NCBI GenBank assembly: GCA_043228905.1
Contig: JBHGNT010000006.1
Span: 12,710,001 to 12,774,000, forward strand
Direction of reading: 5' to 3'
Length of the DNA: 64,000 nt
DNA from: Azolla caroliniana
Lineage: Eukaryota; Plantae; Polypodiophyta
The notes beneath the pieces are model-generated. The model searched no databases and had not been told where the DNA came from. It saw only the letters and a program-made list of their open reading frames with translations. Positions 26,546-40,596 of the stretch are shown in pieces (the first letter of the stretch is position 1; every line of letters starts with the position of its first letter). The translations under genes were made by a program, and so were the position numbers.

Positions 26546-27232
26546 GAGAAAGAGAAAGCGAGAGGGAGAGAGATGAAGTCTGAAAAGCCGAATCGGATGA
26601 AGATTTTGATTTTAGGATGGTTGAAGAAGTCGAGGACGGATGCAAGGGGAGTGGCCCAAAGAACGAGCTAGAGCTAGATCCAATCGAACAAGGGGGAGGT
26701 AGAGCCGAAAGAGGCAAGACTGGTGGTAAAGCCAAGAAGGGCAGAGTTGGTCAAGTGAAGGCTTGGACCAAGACATGGGCAGATGTGGTCAAGGGTAGAA
26801 TGAAAACGAATCAGAGACAGCCGATTCGGTTGATGAGAGTGATTCAGAAGAACCGAATCACATGAAGGCCAAATGGACGAGGTGCTCCAATATTCACGCG
26901 ATTCCTCGTAGGACCGATATTCCTCGTAATAATATTCTAGAAGAGCCGAATTGCATGAATACTTTCTAGAATCAATATCACTTGCTCAATCAACATTCGA
27001 GTAGCCAACAAGCTCAATGCTAACTCTAAAAGACAGACCATAGTCTAGTATGTTGGCCAAGTACCTAAGAACTCGAACAGCTGCTTGCCAATGACTTTGT
27101 CTTGGAGCACTTGAGAATTGGCTGACAATACTCATGCTATAAGACAAATTAGGCCTGGTGTAAGTTAAGTGAAGAAGAGACCCAATTAACCGTCTATATT
27201 TGGTGATATCTTCAAATATGGGAGAATCTTCT

Positions 27233-30200
27233 TCACACCATGTGATTGATAGACCTCCATACCTATGAAATAATGGAGAAGTCCTAGATCAGTCATTTCG
27301 AAGGTTGTTTTGAGGTCAACATGGAGCTCCTCGATTTTAGAAGCAAGGGACCTTGTAATTAGAAGGTCATCCACATATAATATGATCAAGCATAGCAAAT
27401 TATCTTGGGAAAAAACATAGAGATTGTTGTCAGCATAACAGTTCTGAAACCCAAGAGAGGGAAAGAAGGTATCAATTTTGTCATGCCAAGCTTTGGGAGC
27501 TTGCTTTAAGCCATACAAGGCTTTGTGTAACATGTAAACCATGTTTTTCTGCTCTGAAATCTCGAAACCTGGAGGCTGTTCAACATAAACATCCTCTTTC
27601 AAGTCACCATTAAGGACGACTAACTTGACATCAATTTGAAAGATGGGCCATTTGTTGTGAGCAGGAAGTGCAAGGGCATATCGAATAGAGGTGTACCGTG
27701 CTGTTGGAGCAAACGTTTCCTCGTAATCCACTCCTTCCACTTGTGAATAGCCTTTTGCAACTAAACGTGCCTTGTGCTTATCCAAAGTACCATCAACATC
27801 GTACATAGTCTTGAACATCTATTTCAGTCAATGACTTGTTGATGTTGAGGCCGTGGGACCAGCTCCCATGTATGATTCCACTCAATGGAATCAAGTTCAA
27901 CTTCCATTCCAGCTTTCCACTCTGGAAGAACAAGGGCCTCTTTTGCTGTTGTGGGTTCTTGTAATTGCACAACAATGCACAGTAAGGCAAAGTTGCATGA
28001 GTGAAGAGGCCGTTGTGACCTACGTGTTCTTTTCATGTTGGTCGGAGAACTAGATGTATACCATGAAGTTCAGCATCGGAGAGATGAGAATCACGAATGG
28101 TGGCTTGAAGCCACGTGGGAAGTGGTGGAAGCTAGTGTGTAGAGGGAGGGGAAACGAGTGGAGTTGAGGGAGAGGTTTGAATTGTTGGCGAAGTTAGAGG
28201 TTGAGTAGGAGGAGATGGGGGGCTTGAAGGTGAGACATCTTCGTCTAAAATAGGAGATTCCGGAGGAGCTGGGATTTCAACCGTGAACTCAGGTGAAATC
28301 CTAGAGTCATCCGACTTAGACTCCACAAATTGAACATCCCTAGAGATGACTAGGGACTTTGATTCTAAACCCCATAACCTGTTGGCTTTAGATTGTGTGT
28401 TGTAACCAAGAAATTTCCATTTCTTGGGTTTGGACTCAAATTTAGTCCTTTTATGGTCTGAAATGTGAACATAAGCTTTACAACCAAAGACTTTAAAATA
28501 AGATATTGAGGGCTTTACACCTGTAAATGCCATTTGTGCATTTTGTGCATTTGCTGTTTTTCCTCGTTTCCGCATTCTTGTGTATTTTAGTTGGTCTTTC
28601 CCACAGATCTGTGATCCAATCCCATCAAAACTCTCCACCATTGTTAGTCCTGATCTTTCGAACTTTCTTTGATGTCTCGTTCTCCACAAGAGCTACCCAT
28701 TCTTGAAATTTGGTAAAGGCTTGAGATTTTTCTACAAGAAAATAAACCCAAACCTTACGGTAGGAATCATCAATAATAAGCATGAAGTAGCATGCACCAC
28801 CAAGAGTAATGGTTTTCACTAACTCCAAGATAGATATTGCACAGTGAGTGGCTTCATGAGGAAAAGGCTCTCAATGTTGCTTGCCATGAAGACAAGCAAC
28901 ACATGGGGTATTGGGAGTTTTGAAAATAGGTTGTGAAAAGGAGAGCTTTTGTAGAGAATGTTAGGTATAAAGGCCCGTAGTTCACAAATTAGGTGATTAT
29001 TCGTATATGTGAACACATTGTTCACCTGAACAAGACACCTCCTTTTGTAATGTGAACACTCCTCTTTCTTTTTAGGGTTAACTAATATAATAACCTTTTT
29101 TTCTTGTGTACCAATCAAGGCGGTTGGGTACACCAAAAATCTGTGTCTCTACTCTCATCTCTACTACAGTCCTGTTTGCTGAACATCATCCCTCAATAGC
29201 TGCTCCCTCAAACATCCCTCTTTACCTTTAGAGAATTGTAATGGAGGTGACCAAACCTAGCACGCCACGTGGGGTCTTCTTGTGCCACCAAGGCATGAGA
29301 GCCTTGAAGAAGATGAGATAAACTTTTCAGGCGACATAAACCCACTTCTTGTGTGCCACTAGCTACAATTTGTTGGCTGTTGGTGTCAATGACTTCCAAA
29401 ACTGAGCTATCAAAGTAGACTCCATAACCTTGCTTAGTGATTTGGTAGATCTAAAGTAGGTTGGTAGAGATGCGAAGCACATGTAGCACATCTTGAAGAA
29501 CGGCAGGTGTGTCATTTGAAGAAGTGTTAAGAAACACATTACCCACACATGAAGCCTCAATGCTTGAGGCATCTCCTATGGAGCTTTGGGAGGAGCTAGA
29601 ATTTACATCATACAAAATGGATTTGTCATAAGTCATGTGTGCAATGGCACCTCTATCTACTAACCACTCCTCAGTGGTTGAGGTAGTTGTTCCAGCCAAA
29701 TGTGAAGAATGTTCCTCAATGCCAAGGAAAACTGTTTCTTTGGCTGAGTGGACCGAGTTTGATTTTGGTGTAGGTTGACTTTCGGTAGAAGAAGATTTCT
29801 TCGCATTGTCCCTTTTCTTTTTCCAACAGTCAGGTTGAATGTGACCTTTGTAGCCACAATAATGACAAGTGAGCTCCTTGTAGACTGGGTTGTTTGGTGG
29901 TCTTAGATTGGGTTTGCTTTAGGAGTTGCCATTTTGCTTCCACTTGCCTTCACTTTTCGCATGTAGAAGCGTCTCATTGGAAGTTTGAGCACTTTTCTTC
30001 CTTGTTGCCCTATCTTGTAGCATGCCAAGAAATGTATTCATATCAGGTGCATTGGGAAGAAGAGAAATTGTGTCGCAAAAGGCTGAGAATGACTCAGGCA
30101 ACTTGATCATTAAACGATGCACAAACTCAACTTCGGTTGACTTGCTTCCCAAAGAAACTAGTTCCCTTTGGAGAGTAACAAATTGCATTGTTTGATCCAT

Positions 30201-30790
30201 GATGTTGAGAGTGTCATGAATCTTGAGATTTGCTAGTTGGCTCACAATAGCTATCATTTGAGCAATATGATTAGCTCGATGATACCGCTATTTGATGGCT
30301 GCCCATAGTTCATTGGTTGTCTCTTCATCTGTATCTTGAAATTGATGAGCGATGCCCGGTTTAATATTAAACACGAGGAAAGCATGAGCACAAGAATCCT
30401 TATCTAGCCAAGCTTCAATCTCAGTGTTAAATGAGCCAGCAACTAATTTGGTTGAAGAGGATGAAGTTACCATTGGTTTCTTATCACTACCATTGACTAC
30501 ATTCCATAGACGATGGTACTGTAGCAAGGTTTTTATTTGAGGAGAAAAGAAAAAAGAAAAACCCCCTCTATAGGTTGGGAGGGTGGTTGCTAAGAGAACC
30601 TCCTCAATAGGGTTGGGAGAGAGGGATAAAAGAAGATAGGTTGTGTGCTCTTTGGCAAAAAAATCAGGCTGAGGATATGGAGACCTCACTACTCTGATAC
30701 CATGTGAGAAAAGTTGTTAATAGCAGCAACGAAACAACTGTTAGAACAAAATAGACAGTTGGGAGGGAGGGATAAAAGAATATCGGTATG
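27233..30790 (-). mobile_element. Second family C Copia copy, inverted (LTR end 30703-~30790, PBS 30691-30702, gag-PR-INT-RT)
   Basis: Highly similar to 17892-19910 on the opposite strand; YVDDLL; PBS TGGTATCAGAGT. Confidence 0.85.
28949..29230. mobile_element. Solo LTR (282 bp) with 5-bp TSD
   Basis: GAGAA|TGTTAGG...CCTTTA|GAGAA; absent from the homologous family C copy near 18205. Confidence 0.75.
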
Positions 30791-33560
30791 TGTGCTCAGA
30801 CACTTCCAAAAATTCAAGAAGGAAGTCGAGAAAGCCACGGGCCGACATGTACGATGTCTTCGGTCAGATGGAGGCAAGGAATATTTCTTGGATGAGTTTA
30901 CGCCGTATCTACGGAAAGAAGGAATTCGACGAGAGTTTTCATGTCGACATACGCCACAACAAAACGGAGTGGCCAAACAAAAGAATCGGCACATCCTTGA
31001 AGTAGCACGGGCCATGATGAACGAAAAGCATGTGCCAAAGTCGTACTGGGCAGAAGCGGCTAACACTGCCGTATACCTCATGAATTGGTGTACGATATCG
31101 GGTGTGCATGAACTTACTCCGCACGAGAAGTGTTTCGGAAAGAAGTCGGACCTATCACATGTTCGGATATTCGGCTCCATTGCATACGTGCACATCCCCG
31201 ACGAGAAGCATCAAAAGCTTGACCCGAAGTCGGAGAAATGTATCCTCCTAGGATACTCACTGGAGCAAAAGGGGTACAAGTGCTACAACCCCTCAACTCG
31301 AAAATCTTGAGTAAGTCGAGACGTCGTTTTCAACGAATCTGCATCTTGGTACGCACCAGAGACAACTTCGACTCCGATTCTGCTCGACCCGGAATCCTCT
31401 GAACAAGAGATAGAGGATGAAGATCGCTTTACGCGCATGTTCAAAGAAAGTCTGATCATGACCCGATTGAGTGGACCACAAGAGCCTCTGAGTGATCAAA
31501 GCACATCTCCGCCGAGTCCAAAGATGGACAAAGGGAAGACGAAATGCCGGAGTATGAAGATGATCACTTCGACGGGAACGAATCAACTCACTCCCTCGAT
31601 AGTGACTTCGAAGATCTTAAGATTCGGACAAATGGAGCGGAGAAATCCCTAGTATCCACAAACGAGAAGCTCCGTCGATCCACCTGTGAAAAGAACCCCG
31701 TAAGCCGATTCGCCTACAACGATTATATGGCGTACAATTAAGTTAGCGATAGTACAGGAGCCGGAAACGTTTTCCGAAGCTGCGACGGACCCCAGATGGG
31801 TTGAAGCGATGAATGAGGAGATGCAAGCACTCTCCAAGAATGAGACATGGGATCTCGTTCCCCACTCACCGCACAAGAAGGCAATTGGCTGCAGATGGAT
31901 CTACAAGGTGAAGTATAATGCCGACGGCTCCGTAAACCGTTACAAAGCTCGACTCGTAGCGAAAGGACACGCACAAACACATGGAGTCGACTATGAAGAG
32001 ACCTTTGCCCCGATGGCAAAGATGACGACGGTGCAGACCGTGATCGCACTTGCAGCGGAAAAAGGGTGGCACCTCCACCAAATGGACGTCAAGAACGCCT
32101 TTCTTCAAGGCGAATTAGATGAGGAGGTGTACATGGTACAACCACCCGGCTTCGAATCGCGCATTCATCCAAAAGCCGTATGCCAACTCAAGAAGCCTCT
32201 CTATAGCCTCAAGCAAGCACCACGTGCTTGGCATTCGAAGATTACGCAATATCTTCATCAAATTGGCTTCCGAATGTCGAAATCCGACAACTTTGTCTAC
32301 GTACGACACGACTCTAGAAGCCTAATTATCATCATCCTATACGTGGATGATCTGGTCATTGGAGGTGAAAGTTTAGTCGACATCAACAAGGTGAAGTCAC
32401 TCCTCTCCAACAAATTCGAGATGACGAACATGAAGGAGCTTCAATACTTCCTAGGCATTGAGGTAATTCGAACTCCGTCTGGCATTATGATCTCCCAATG
32501 ACACTACATCCTCAACTTGTTATACAAGTTCGGAATGACTCGAGGTAAATATGTGGCAACGCCTCTCTATCGAAACCTCAAACTAGATGCTGACTTTGGC
32601 ACAGACGAGTGCGAACCGACCCAATATCGTCAATTGATCGGGAGCCTCATCTATCTCACGATCACTCGACCTGACCTTAACTATCGAGTCGAACTCCTTA
32701 GCCAATTCATGCAAACTCCGTGAGATATCCATTTCGATTGCACTAAGCGAGTATTATGATACGTGAGCGTCACAATGGATCACGATGTCCTCTACGCATC
32801 GGCCACACCAATACGACTTGAAGGGTACACAAACGCGGATTGGGCAGGCTACAAAGCCAACCAACGATCAACCTTCGGATTTGTCTTCTTGCTCGGTAGC
32901 GAAGCAATATCTTAGAGTAGTAAGAAGCAACCTACCGTCGCACTTTTGAGTACAGAGGCCGAATACAAGGGCATAGCCCTGCATGTGAAGCCGTATGGCT
33001 CAAGAGGATTTTGAAGGATCTGGGCATCCCCATCAAGGATCCGACTCTCATTTACTGCGACAACATAAGCAGTATATATCAAGCTCGGAACCCGGTGTTC
33101 CACACACTCACAAAGCATATCAAAGTGCAATATCACTCCATTCGAGAGCGCGTACAGGCCGGAGATGTTGACCTTCAACACATCAACACGAATCTTCAAA
33201 TGGCCGACATCTTCACCAAAGCCTTAGGAGCTGACAAGCTTCGGTAATTCACGTCAGACCTCGGATTGATGATTCCTGACTTGCCAAGCTTGAGAGGGAG
33301 TACAAGCGAGAACCGGATACCGCCCGAACTGGGTATGAGCCGAAGCGGACACCAAAGATCGTCTGACCGGATACCAACCGAAGCGGACATCAATCGAAAT
33401 GAACCAACCCGAGTTGAGCTTGAGGGGGCTTGTTGAGAATCAAGCTCAACATAGCATAACGTGTGAACACACCTTTTGAGAATCTATGATTACTCAAAGG
33501 TCAAGAGTCACACCACTACTCTCTACACATTAACTATGTGTCATAAAATCATATTCTATG

Positions 33561-34111
33561 TTTTGGCTCAAACCAAACCGAACCGTTAAGCCATGGTTTA
33601 TTGGTTCAAAAAATAATAACAATTTGGTTTGCTTTGGATATTTAATAAATAGTTTGGTTCCAGTTCGGTTTAGTTCTAAAACTGGGGATTATGGGTTTAT
33701 AGGTTTAAATGGTTTGGATTAAAGGTTTATAGGCTTTTGTTTAACTTTTTTTTCACCTTAACAGTTTAGAAAATTTAATTAGTTTAACTTAAATGTTTAT
33801 TTAATTTAATGGTTGATTTAAAGTTTCTTTTATTGATCTATTAAATTTAACTTAAATGCTTATTTACTTTAATGTATTTTTGTTTATTTAGATTTTTAAT
33901 TAGTTTGACTTAAATAGTTAGGTTTAAATATGTTCTTAAATGGTTCGGTTTGGTTTCAACTTTTCCCTAAATGGTGTGGGTTTAAATGGCTTACGAGTAT
34001 ATAAACGGTTTGGTTTGGTTTTTGTTTTATATAAACGGTTCACTTTTGATTCAGTTTAGTTTCTTTACCTTGAAACCGAAAAGAACCAAAACCGAACTGT
34101 GCCCATTGCTA
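33561..34111. mobile_element. AT-rich MITE-like fragment (hAT-type subterminal AAACCG/CGGTTT motifs)
   Basis: Many AAACCGAACC and GGTTCGGTTT motifs; right end GTGCCCATTGCTA; left end missing and abuts the truncated LTR. Confidence 0.55.
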
Positions 34112-35362
34112 TCCACAACAACAACAAGAAGGAGAAGAAAGGAAGTGAGAGGAAGATGTCTATAGTTATTTACATACACACACACACTCTCTCTCTCTCT
34201 CTCTCTTTTTCATATAGATTTTGTATATATACCCACCTTGAAACATCAATTTACCCATTAAACCCATCGTCCCTAGTGGTCCGCCTCATAATACTTTGTA
34301 AATAGTACTATACAAACTCAATTGTTCACCTTTTTGTGTGATATTGTAATTAACATATTGGTGCAAAAAATGCATACGGTATGTAAATTATCCTTGAAAA
34401 TTTCCAAATATCATCGTAAAATAAGACAAAAAATGTGAACCTAATATTCAAAATTATTAGATTAGAAAATCCCCAATACCTAATACTTTTTCCTTTCTTT
34501 TCGTCATCAACTATTCATGCTTTCCCTGAGGTGCTTACAACAGGTGATATTTATATATTTTCTCTTGTTTTGTAGGTTTCCCTATTTTTTATCATTATCT
34601 TGGGTTGATGTTGGATTGATAAACCAAGTTCTTAACATCAAGTGATCGATGGATATAAAACAATTTGGCGTGTTGGATAAAGTCGAGAAGTATAGTACGG
34701 TTTATAATAATAATTTGACTATGGTCTACACAATATAGATGACATCCATCTAGGCTTTATTTATATGTAACAAGCACACTTATCTAACACGTGTTCTGCT
34801 TACACATTGCAAGGCATATATACGTGGTAATCTATGGGATAAGCACTTATAACCTATACATGAAACCCAATATACAAGCAAAGCATTGCCAGGAAAGTGT
34901 AATACAAACATTTTCTTTCTTAATTAATTAACCATGTTTGTTAGGTTAGCTATGTGATTAGGAGAGCGGCATCCTAACATTTCAAAACAATTGAAGAACT
35001 TAAAAGAGTATGATCGTGTATATGCCTACTAACCTTTTAACTTGATAAATTTCAAAAGTTTCTTTCAGTGCCGCATTACACACATATGTTTGTTAATATT
35101 CTTCTTTGGGATTCTACTTCATATTGAGGCTTCCCACTAGTAGTAATATGAGCTATTATGATGCTAAGTTGGGGGAGTTTTCAAACTTTCTTTGGGTGCT
35201 TTTAAACACCATAATATCGTCCCCATTATGTATAATAATCCTTTCCTTCCATTTTGTCTGTATCTGTTTTGCTTTATGATGGATGGTGTAAAGGTCGATC
35301 GAGAGAGAAAGAGCTTTACACAATAATAATAACATGAAAAAGCAACGCCTGAGGATGGATAC

Positions 35363-35395
<33 letters not shown>

Positions 35396-37801
35396 TTCCT
35401 TTACTTTTTGTTCTTGTATTTTGATTCCTTTTGCTTAATTCTTTCCAAATCTCCCCCTTTTCCATAAGACATCTCAATTCCTTCTTCTACAAAAACATTT
35501 CTTCATATCGGGCCTTCCAAGCACATCTAATTTTGAAGATTTGGTACCGATCTCTGTTCTTCTTTGATTGGGTGAGCGCTTATTCCTTCACAAATAATGC
35601 TTCGAAATGCTCATGAAAATGTCCTGTCTTATGAGTTGGATCTTTCGTTTTTTCTTTTTCAATCCACATTACAATCGCCCATCAGCTCATCATAATTTTA
35701 AACTTTTACCTGAAATAATGCTCCAATCGTCTTTTCAGGATTTTGATTATCCGTATCTTTAAATAAGGCTTAATCGTCTTTATTTTAAGAATTTCAATGG
35801 CATACTACATGCAAATGTCTGTTTCGTGACCTTGGGTTCTTCTTCCTTTGCACAATTTCAATTATCTATTGGCATCTTATGACTTGGGCTCTTCTTTTAT
35901 CATTGGATCTCGATCCATCCGAATCATCCTTTTCATAAGTTTATATGGAATTATGCTTCAAATGTGTGTTCTCTGGTTTGGGCTCCACTTTTTCTCTTCA
36001 ATCTCAGTTCCCAGGAACATCCTTTTTAAATGGAATAATGCTTCAAAATGTGTGTTTCTGTAATTTCTCTCCATCATTTGTCATTCGATCTCAATCCCCC
36101 AAAGGCATCTGTTTAAATCTTCATTATCGAATTGATTTAGTTTAGATGCCTTCTCTAGTAATAGAGTTTTAGCTCGGTAACTTAAATTTAGGTCGATAAG
36201 GTTCAAATGAATCAAATTTCTTCATCAGGGTGATATTGGGCTTTCCTAGTTATGAAGATAAAACTTCAAAAGGCTAAATCTTTAGAGAAGGCTTGAGCTC
36301 TAAGTTAATTAGTATATGTTGGAGTGGCAATACAAAGTTGGCAAGGATGCGAGTAAAGATTCTCTTTTTATGCTTACTTTTGTGGATATTGGCCTGTGCA
36401 TTCACACCTTTTAACTAGGGATATGATAGTGGGGAAATGGAATTTAGCTAGTTATTGACTATGCAATCTACTTGGGTTTGATTGTCAACCAGGCAGAACC
36501 TAAACTATGTTAACGTTATGGGTAGAAAGTTTTTCAATCTTGGTTTGATAGAAAAGGCAACCATATTATGTCGAGCTAAATTATTTTGCTTTTTAGGATC
36601 TAAATCCATTTGATGCATTAACCGCTCAAACACAAAGCAATCAATTCCTACCATCAGATAGAAGGCAGAAGTTGCAAATCATAAGGAGAATTTTGAAATC
36701 AGCTCAGATAGGATCATGCAGAAAACTTAATAGCCAGTCGATCATAACTTGTTCAGTTTACTAGAGAATTCAAAATATACTAACGTTATTATTGCATAAA
36801 TAATTCTGTTGTGAGGAATTTCCAACCTTCCTCTCTGATGAACACAGTTGATCTCTCTGCATTCCTACTGTTTTGCAATGCAGATAATGCGGAAATACTT
36901 TAACATGCTGTGCTAAGCAATCATAAAAGTACAAAATATCTGTAAAATGTACCTTGTAAGTACACAACGCAAATGGATGGTATGCTATGTAGGTGTCAAA
37001 GGGTAACGAGATTACAAACTTACAAATTACTACGTAAAATTAGGAACCAATGATGGTACACTAAAACAGGTGGCAATGGGCAGGCATAGCGACACAAGAT
37101 AACCCATATTAAGCAGAAGAGATGCAATCATCCTATTCAGAAGAGAGATACAATTGATGTTTTGATCGAGCAATCGAGAAAAATACAACTTATTAACATG
37201 TTTTCAGATGAGAGAGTTGGGCATTGTTTATTACCCTACAACTCCTAAATGAAGTGACTATGTGGGGGGGGGGGGGATAAAGTAACAGCAAAGAGGGATC
37301 AATGCCTTGCCTGCCTGGACATGGAGAAATATTGCAACTAGTTTAGAAAGTTAGTTCTTAATGTGCTCTGGCGTGGACAAATCTACTATCATCATCAAAG
37401 GGCCCAAGAAACAAAGGAATGCTGCAGTTGATGTGTCCGTGTTTGTTCCCGAAGAAAACATGCATGAATAAGAGAACCATATGTGTAAACTGTCTGCACA
37501 GTATGAGATGAGATGATGTAGGGCCCTGACTACTTAGTGCCTTGTTTGAGGCTTTCCTTTTTTTTGCCTTTGTGTTTGTTTGATGGTTCTTTCATATTCT
37601 CTTGTATGGTATGCTAGATGGTTGTAATTAACTCGAACACAGGGTTTCATAATGCTGATGTTGATACATACTCGTTCTTGTGTAGCGAGGATGCCTCAGG
37701 TATGCCATGTAGCTGCAAATGTCCATTAATTTTGCAAATTCTATGTAGGACGGAAAACACACAGACAGCATTTGGATTCACAGCTTCAATTGATAATAAA
37801 G

Positions 37802-40596
37802 ATGGCTGCATCCAACTCTGATGAAGAGGGTTTGGAAACCGATGGTGTGTCTTCTATAGGGGCTGTTGAGGAGGTAACTATTCATCTCAGCAGCACTCTA
37901 ACCTGGGGAAAGACAGACAAGCGCTTTGCAACAGGTGGAGGTCCACCGACAAGTGTTACCTTCATGAGTGCTGAGAATGCGACACGTGGTATTGGTGAAG
38001 CAAAATCTAGTGACATTCGGGGTGATTCAACAGAGAGTACAAAGAGTAGCTATAGCCAGGCCAGTGTCAGTACCTCAACAAGCGAGGAGAGTGTTAGCAC
38101 TAGTCTCATGGGAGGCCCCAATAAGCTCCACAAGGCTAATGATGCAAGGTCGGATGCTATTGATGCCATATGCATGCGTGATGGCCGTCTTGGACTTAGC
38201 CATTTTAGGCTGCTCAAGCGACTTGGGTGTGGCGATATTGGCAGTGTTTATCTCTCAGAATTGAGCGGTACCAAGTGCTTGTTTGCTATGAAGGTCATGG
38301 ATAAAGGTCACCTTGCTAATCGGAAAAAGCTCATACGAGCTCAGACAGAAAGGGAGATATTGGCATGTTTAAATCATCCCTTCTTACCAACTTTATATGC
38401 GCATTTTGAAACTGATAAATTCTCCTGCCTGGTGATGGAGTTTTGTTCTGGTGGGGATTTGCATACACTTAGGCAACAACAAGCAGGAAAGCATTTTCCT
38501 GAGCGAGCTGCACGGTATATACCCTTTTATCCTCTATAACACTGCTCAATGTCTCTCTATTCTTTGTATTGAATAGCATGTACTCTAAGAAAGCTAAATG
38601 GACAGCTGAATCTCCAGAGAGCTCACTGAATTGCTGATATTTTATATTTTTCTTTTGCATTTTGATTTCTTCTCAACAGTAAGACTGTCAAGGCTCTTCT
38701 TGGCCACCTGTAACAAGTGTTGGGAAAAAGGTTGATATCCCTCTTTTGTGTCAGGGTAAATGCATTCGTTTATTTATAAAGCTTATGTAAAGTAATTGGA
38801 ACGGTGTAAAGTGGGTGAGAATGAGACAGTAGATGTTATTGCTGCATCTTCAGGAAGATAAACATACTGTAGGTCTAAGATTATGTTTTATCTCCTCATG
38901 AAGATACACCTTGCCCTTCATATTAGAAGACTTTCAAGTCTTAGACATTGAGAATTTTGTCCAAGTAGTAACGAGCTGCTGAGGTTTATGGTAATCTCCC
39001 CTGAGAGTGCATATGCCTTAACAACCACCTTAAATTATTTTTGACATGCCTGCATGTCTTCCTCTCTTTTGGGTGTTGGTGTTTTTTTGTTTGTTTGTTT
39101 GTTCCTTGGTTTTTGACATCAGGGTCCATCACATCCAAAGAAGTGAATGCAATTGTGGTTCGTTATCTCTATTTAGGAGCGAATCCTGCGCACACAGATC
39201 ATCATTTCTTTCTTGTATCTTAGGGTAACTTCCTTCATAACGTCTCTATGGGTACCAATGAAATCATGACTGATGATGTCAATAGTAGATCGCCATTTCT
39301 TGGAAGATGTAGAACATATATACAAGTGTGCACATAGTAAGTGAACGTTTATTTGTTAATCTGTGTAGTAATCAATCTATGAATATTAGCACACCCATAG
39401 CAGGGTTGGTTTTGCATCAAAGAATATGTTGAAACTAATTCCAATCTCTAGAGGCTTACTTGGATAAAGAATCGATAGTCATCTTAAGCTTCCCAAAAGT
39501 GTAGTTTGTACCATTTAATGTATATCCACAAAGTTGTGATAATGTAGGTAGTGTAATCGAATTAGTAGTCGTAGCTGTCTATGAAGCGAACCAGTTGTGT
39601 CTCCTGTACTGTTTGATCCTTAGATCTCCATGGCCTCTATATTATGCTGAACATTTTTGTTTTGGTTGTGGATATGTTGTTGGTAGGTTTTATGCAGCTG
39701 AAGTCTTGATGGGGTTGGAATATCTTCACATGCTAGGAATCATTTACCGAGATTTAAAACCTGAGAACGTGCTTGTGAGAGACGATGGACATATCATGCT
39801 TTCAGATTTTGATCTATCCTTAAGGACTTCTGTTACCCCAACTGTAGTGAAGTCAGTGTATAATAATAACTCATGCAATGTATCAAGGGGCCCTACTTCA
39901 TTGGATTGCCAACGACCCTCTTGTATGTTACCATCGACTTGTGTGCAACCTTCATGTTTTTTACCGAAAGTTTTCAGTTCAAAATCCGAGTCTTTGGAAT
40001 CCAAAAAGAGCAAAAATGTTAAAAATGAAGTGCAGAAGCGAGCGATGCCATTTCCGGAGCTTCTAGCTGAACCGACAGGTGCCAAGTCTATGTCTTTTGT
40101 TGGTACCCATGAGTATCTTGCCCCAGAAATAGTAAAAGGTGAAGGGCATGGAAGTGCCGTTGATTGGTGGACTTTCGGGATTTTTCTCTATGAGCTCTTA
40201 TTTGGAAAGACCCCTTTTAAGGGACCAGGGAACCAAGCCACCCTATTTAATGTAGTTGGGCAACCAATTAGATTCCCTGAGGCACCTTGTGTTAGCTTGG
40301 TTGCTAAGGATTTGATTCGTGGTTTGCTTGCAAAGGAACCACAACAAAGGCTAGGGTCGAAAAGAGGTGCTACCGAGATCAAACAACACCCTTTCTTCAA
40401 ATGTGTGAATTTGGCGCTAATTCGATGCGCCACTCCACCGGATATCCCCAGACCCTTTGATATATTGGAACCTTTGAGGAAAACGACTTTGAATAGTGGT
40501 AAAATGCATAGACAAGATGGTCATTACAACCAGAAGCCGAAGGAAGGCATCAGAATGGGTTCTAATGATAAATACTTGGAATTTGAGTTCTTTTAA
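37802..40596 (+). CDS. AGCVIII (AGC1 clade) Ser/Thr kinase, D6PK-like; exons 37802-38514 and 39687-40596 (~540 aa)
   Basis: [27 protein letters not shown] in place of DFG, insertion before [15 protein letters not shown]-terminal FEFF; GT-AG intron at AAR|FY keeps the frame. Confidence 0.95.

Larger units (their letters stand above)
5469..33560 (+). mobile_element. Outer Copia element A, heavily nested. 5' LTR 5469-~5685 + ~11078-11306; gag/PR 11367-12162; INT 17587-17891 and ~30790-31400; RT/RNase H to ~33300; truncated 3' LTR 33431-33560
   Basis: 5469-5598 and 33431-33560 are near-identical; PBS TGGTATCAGAGC at 11307-11318; PPT TTGAGGGGGCT before 33431; CxxCxxxGHxxxxC knuckle, FVDSGASNHM, PQQNGVA, YVDDL and ADIFTKAL occur in order. 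Confidence 0.85.
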
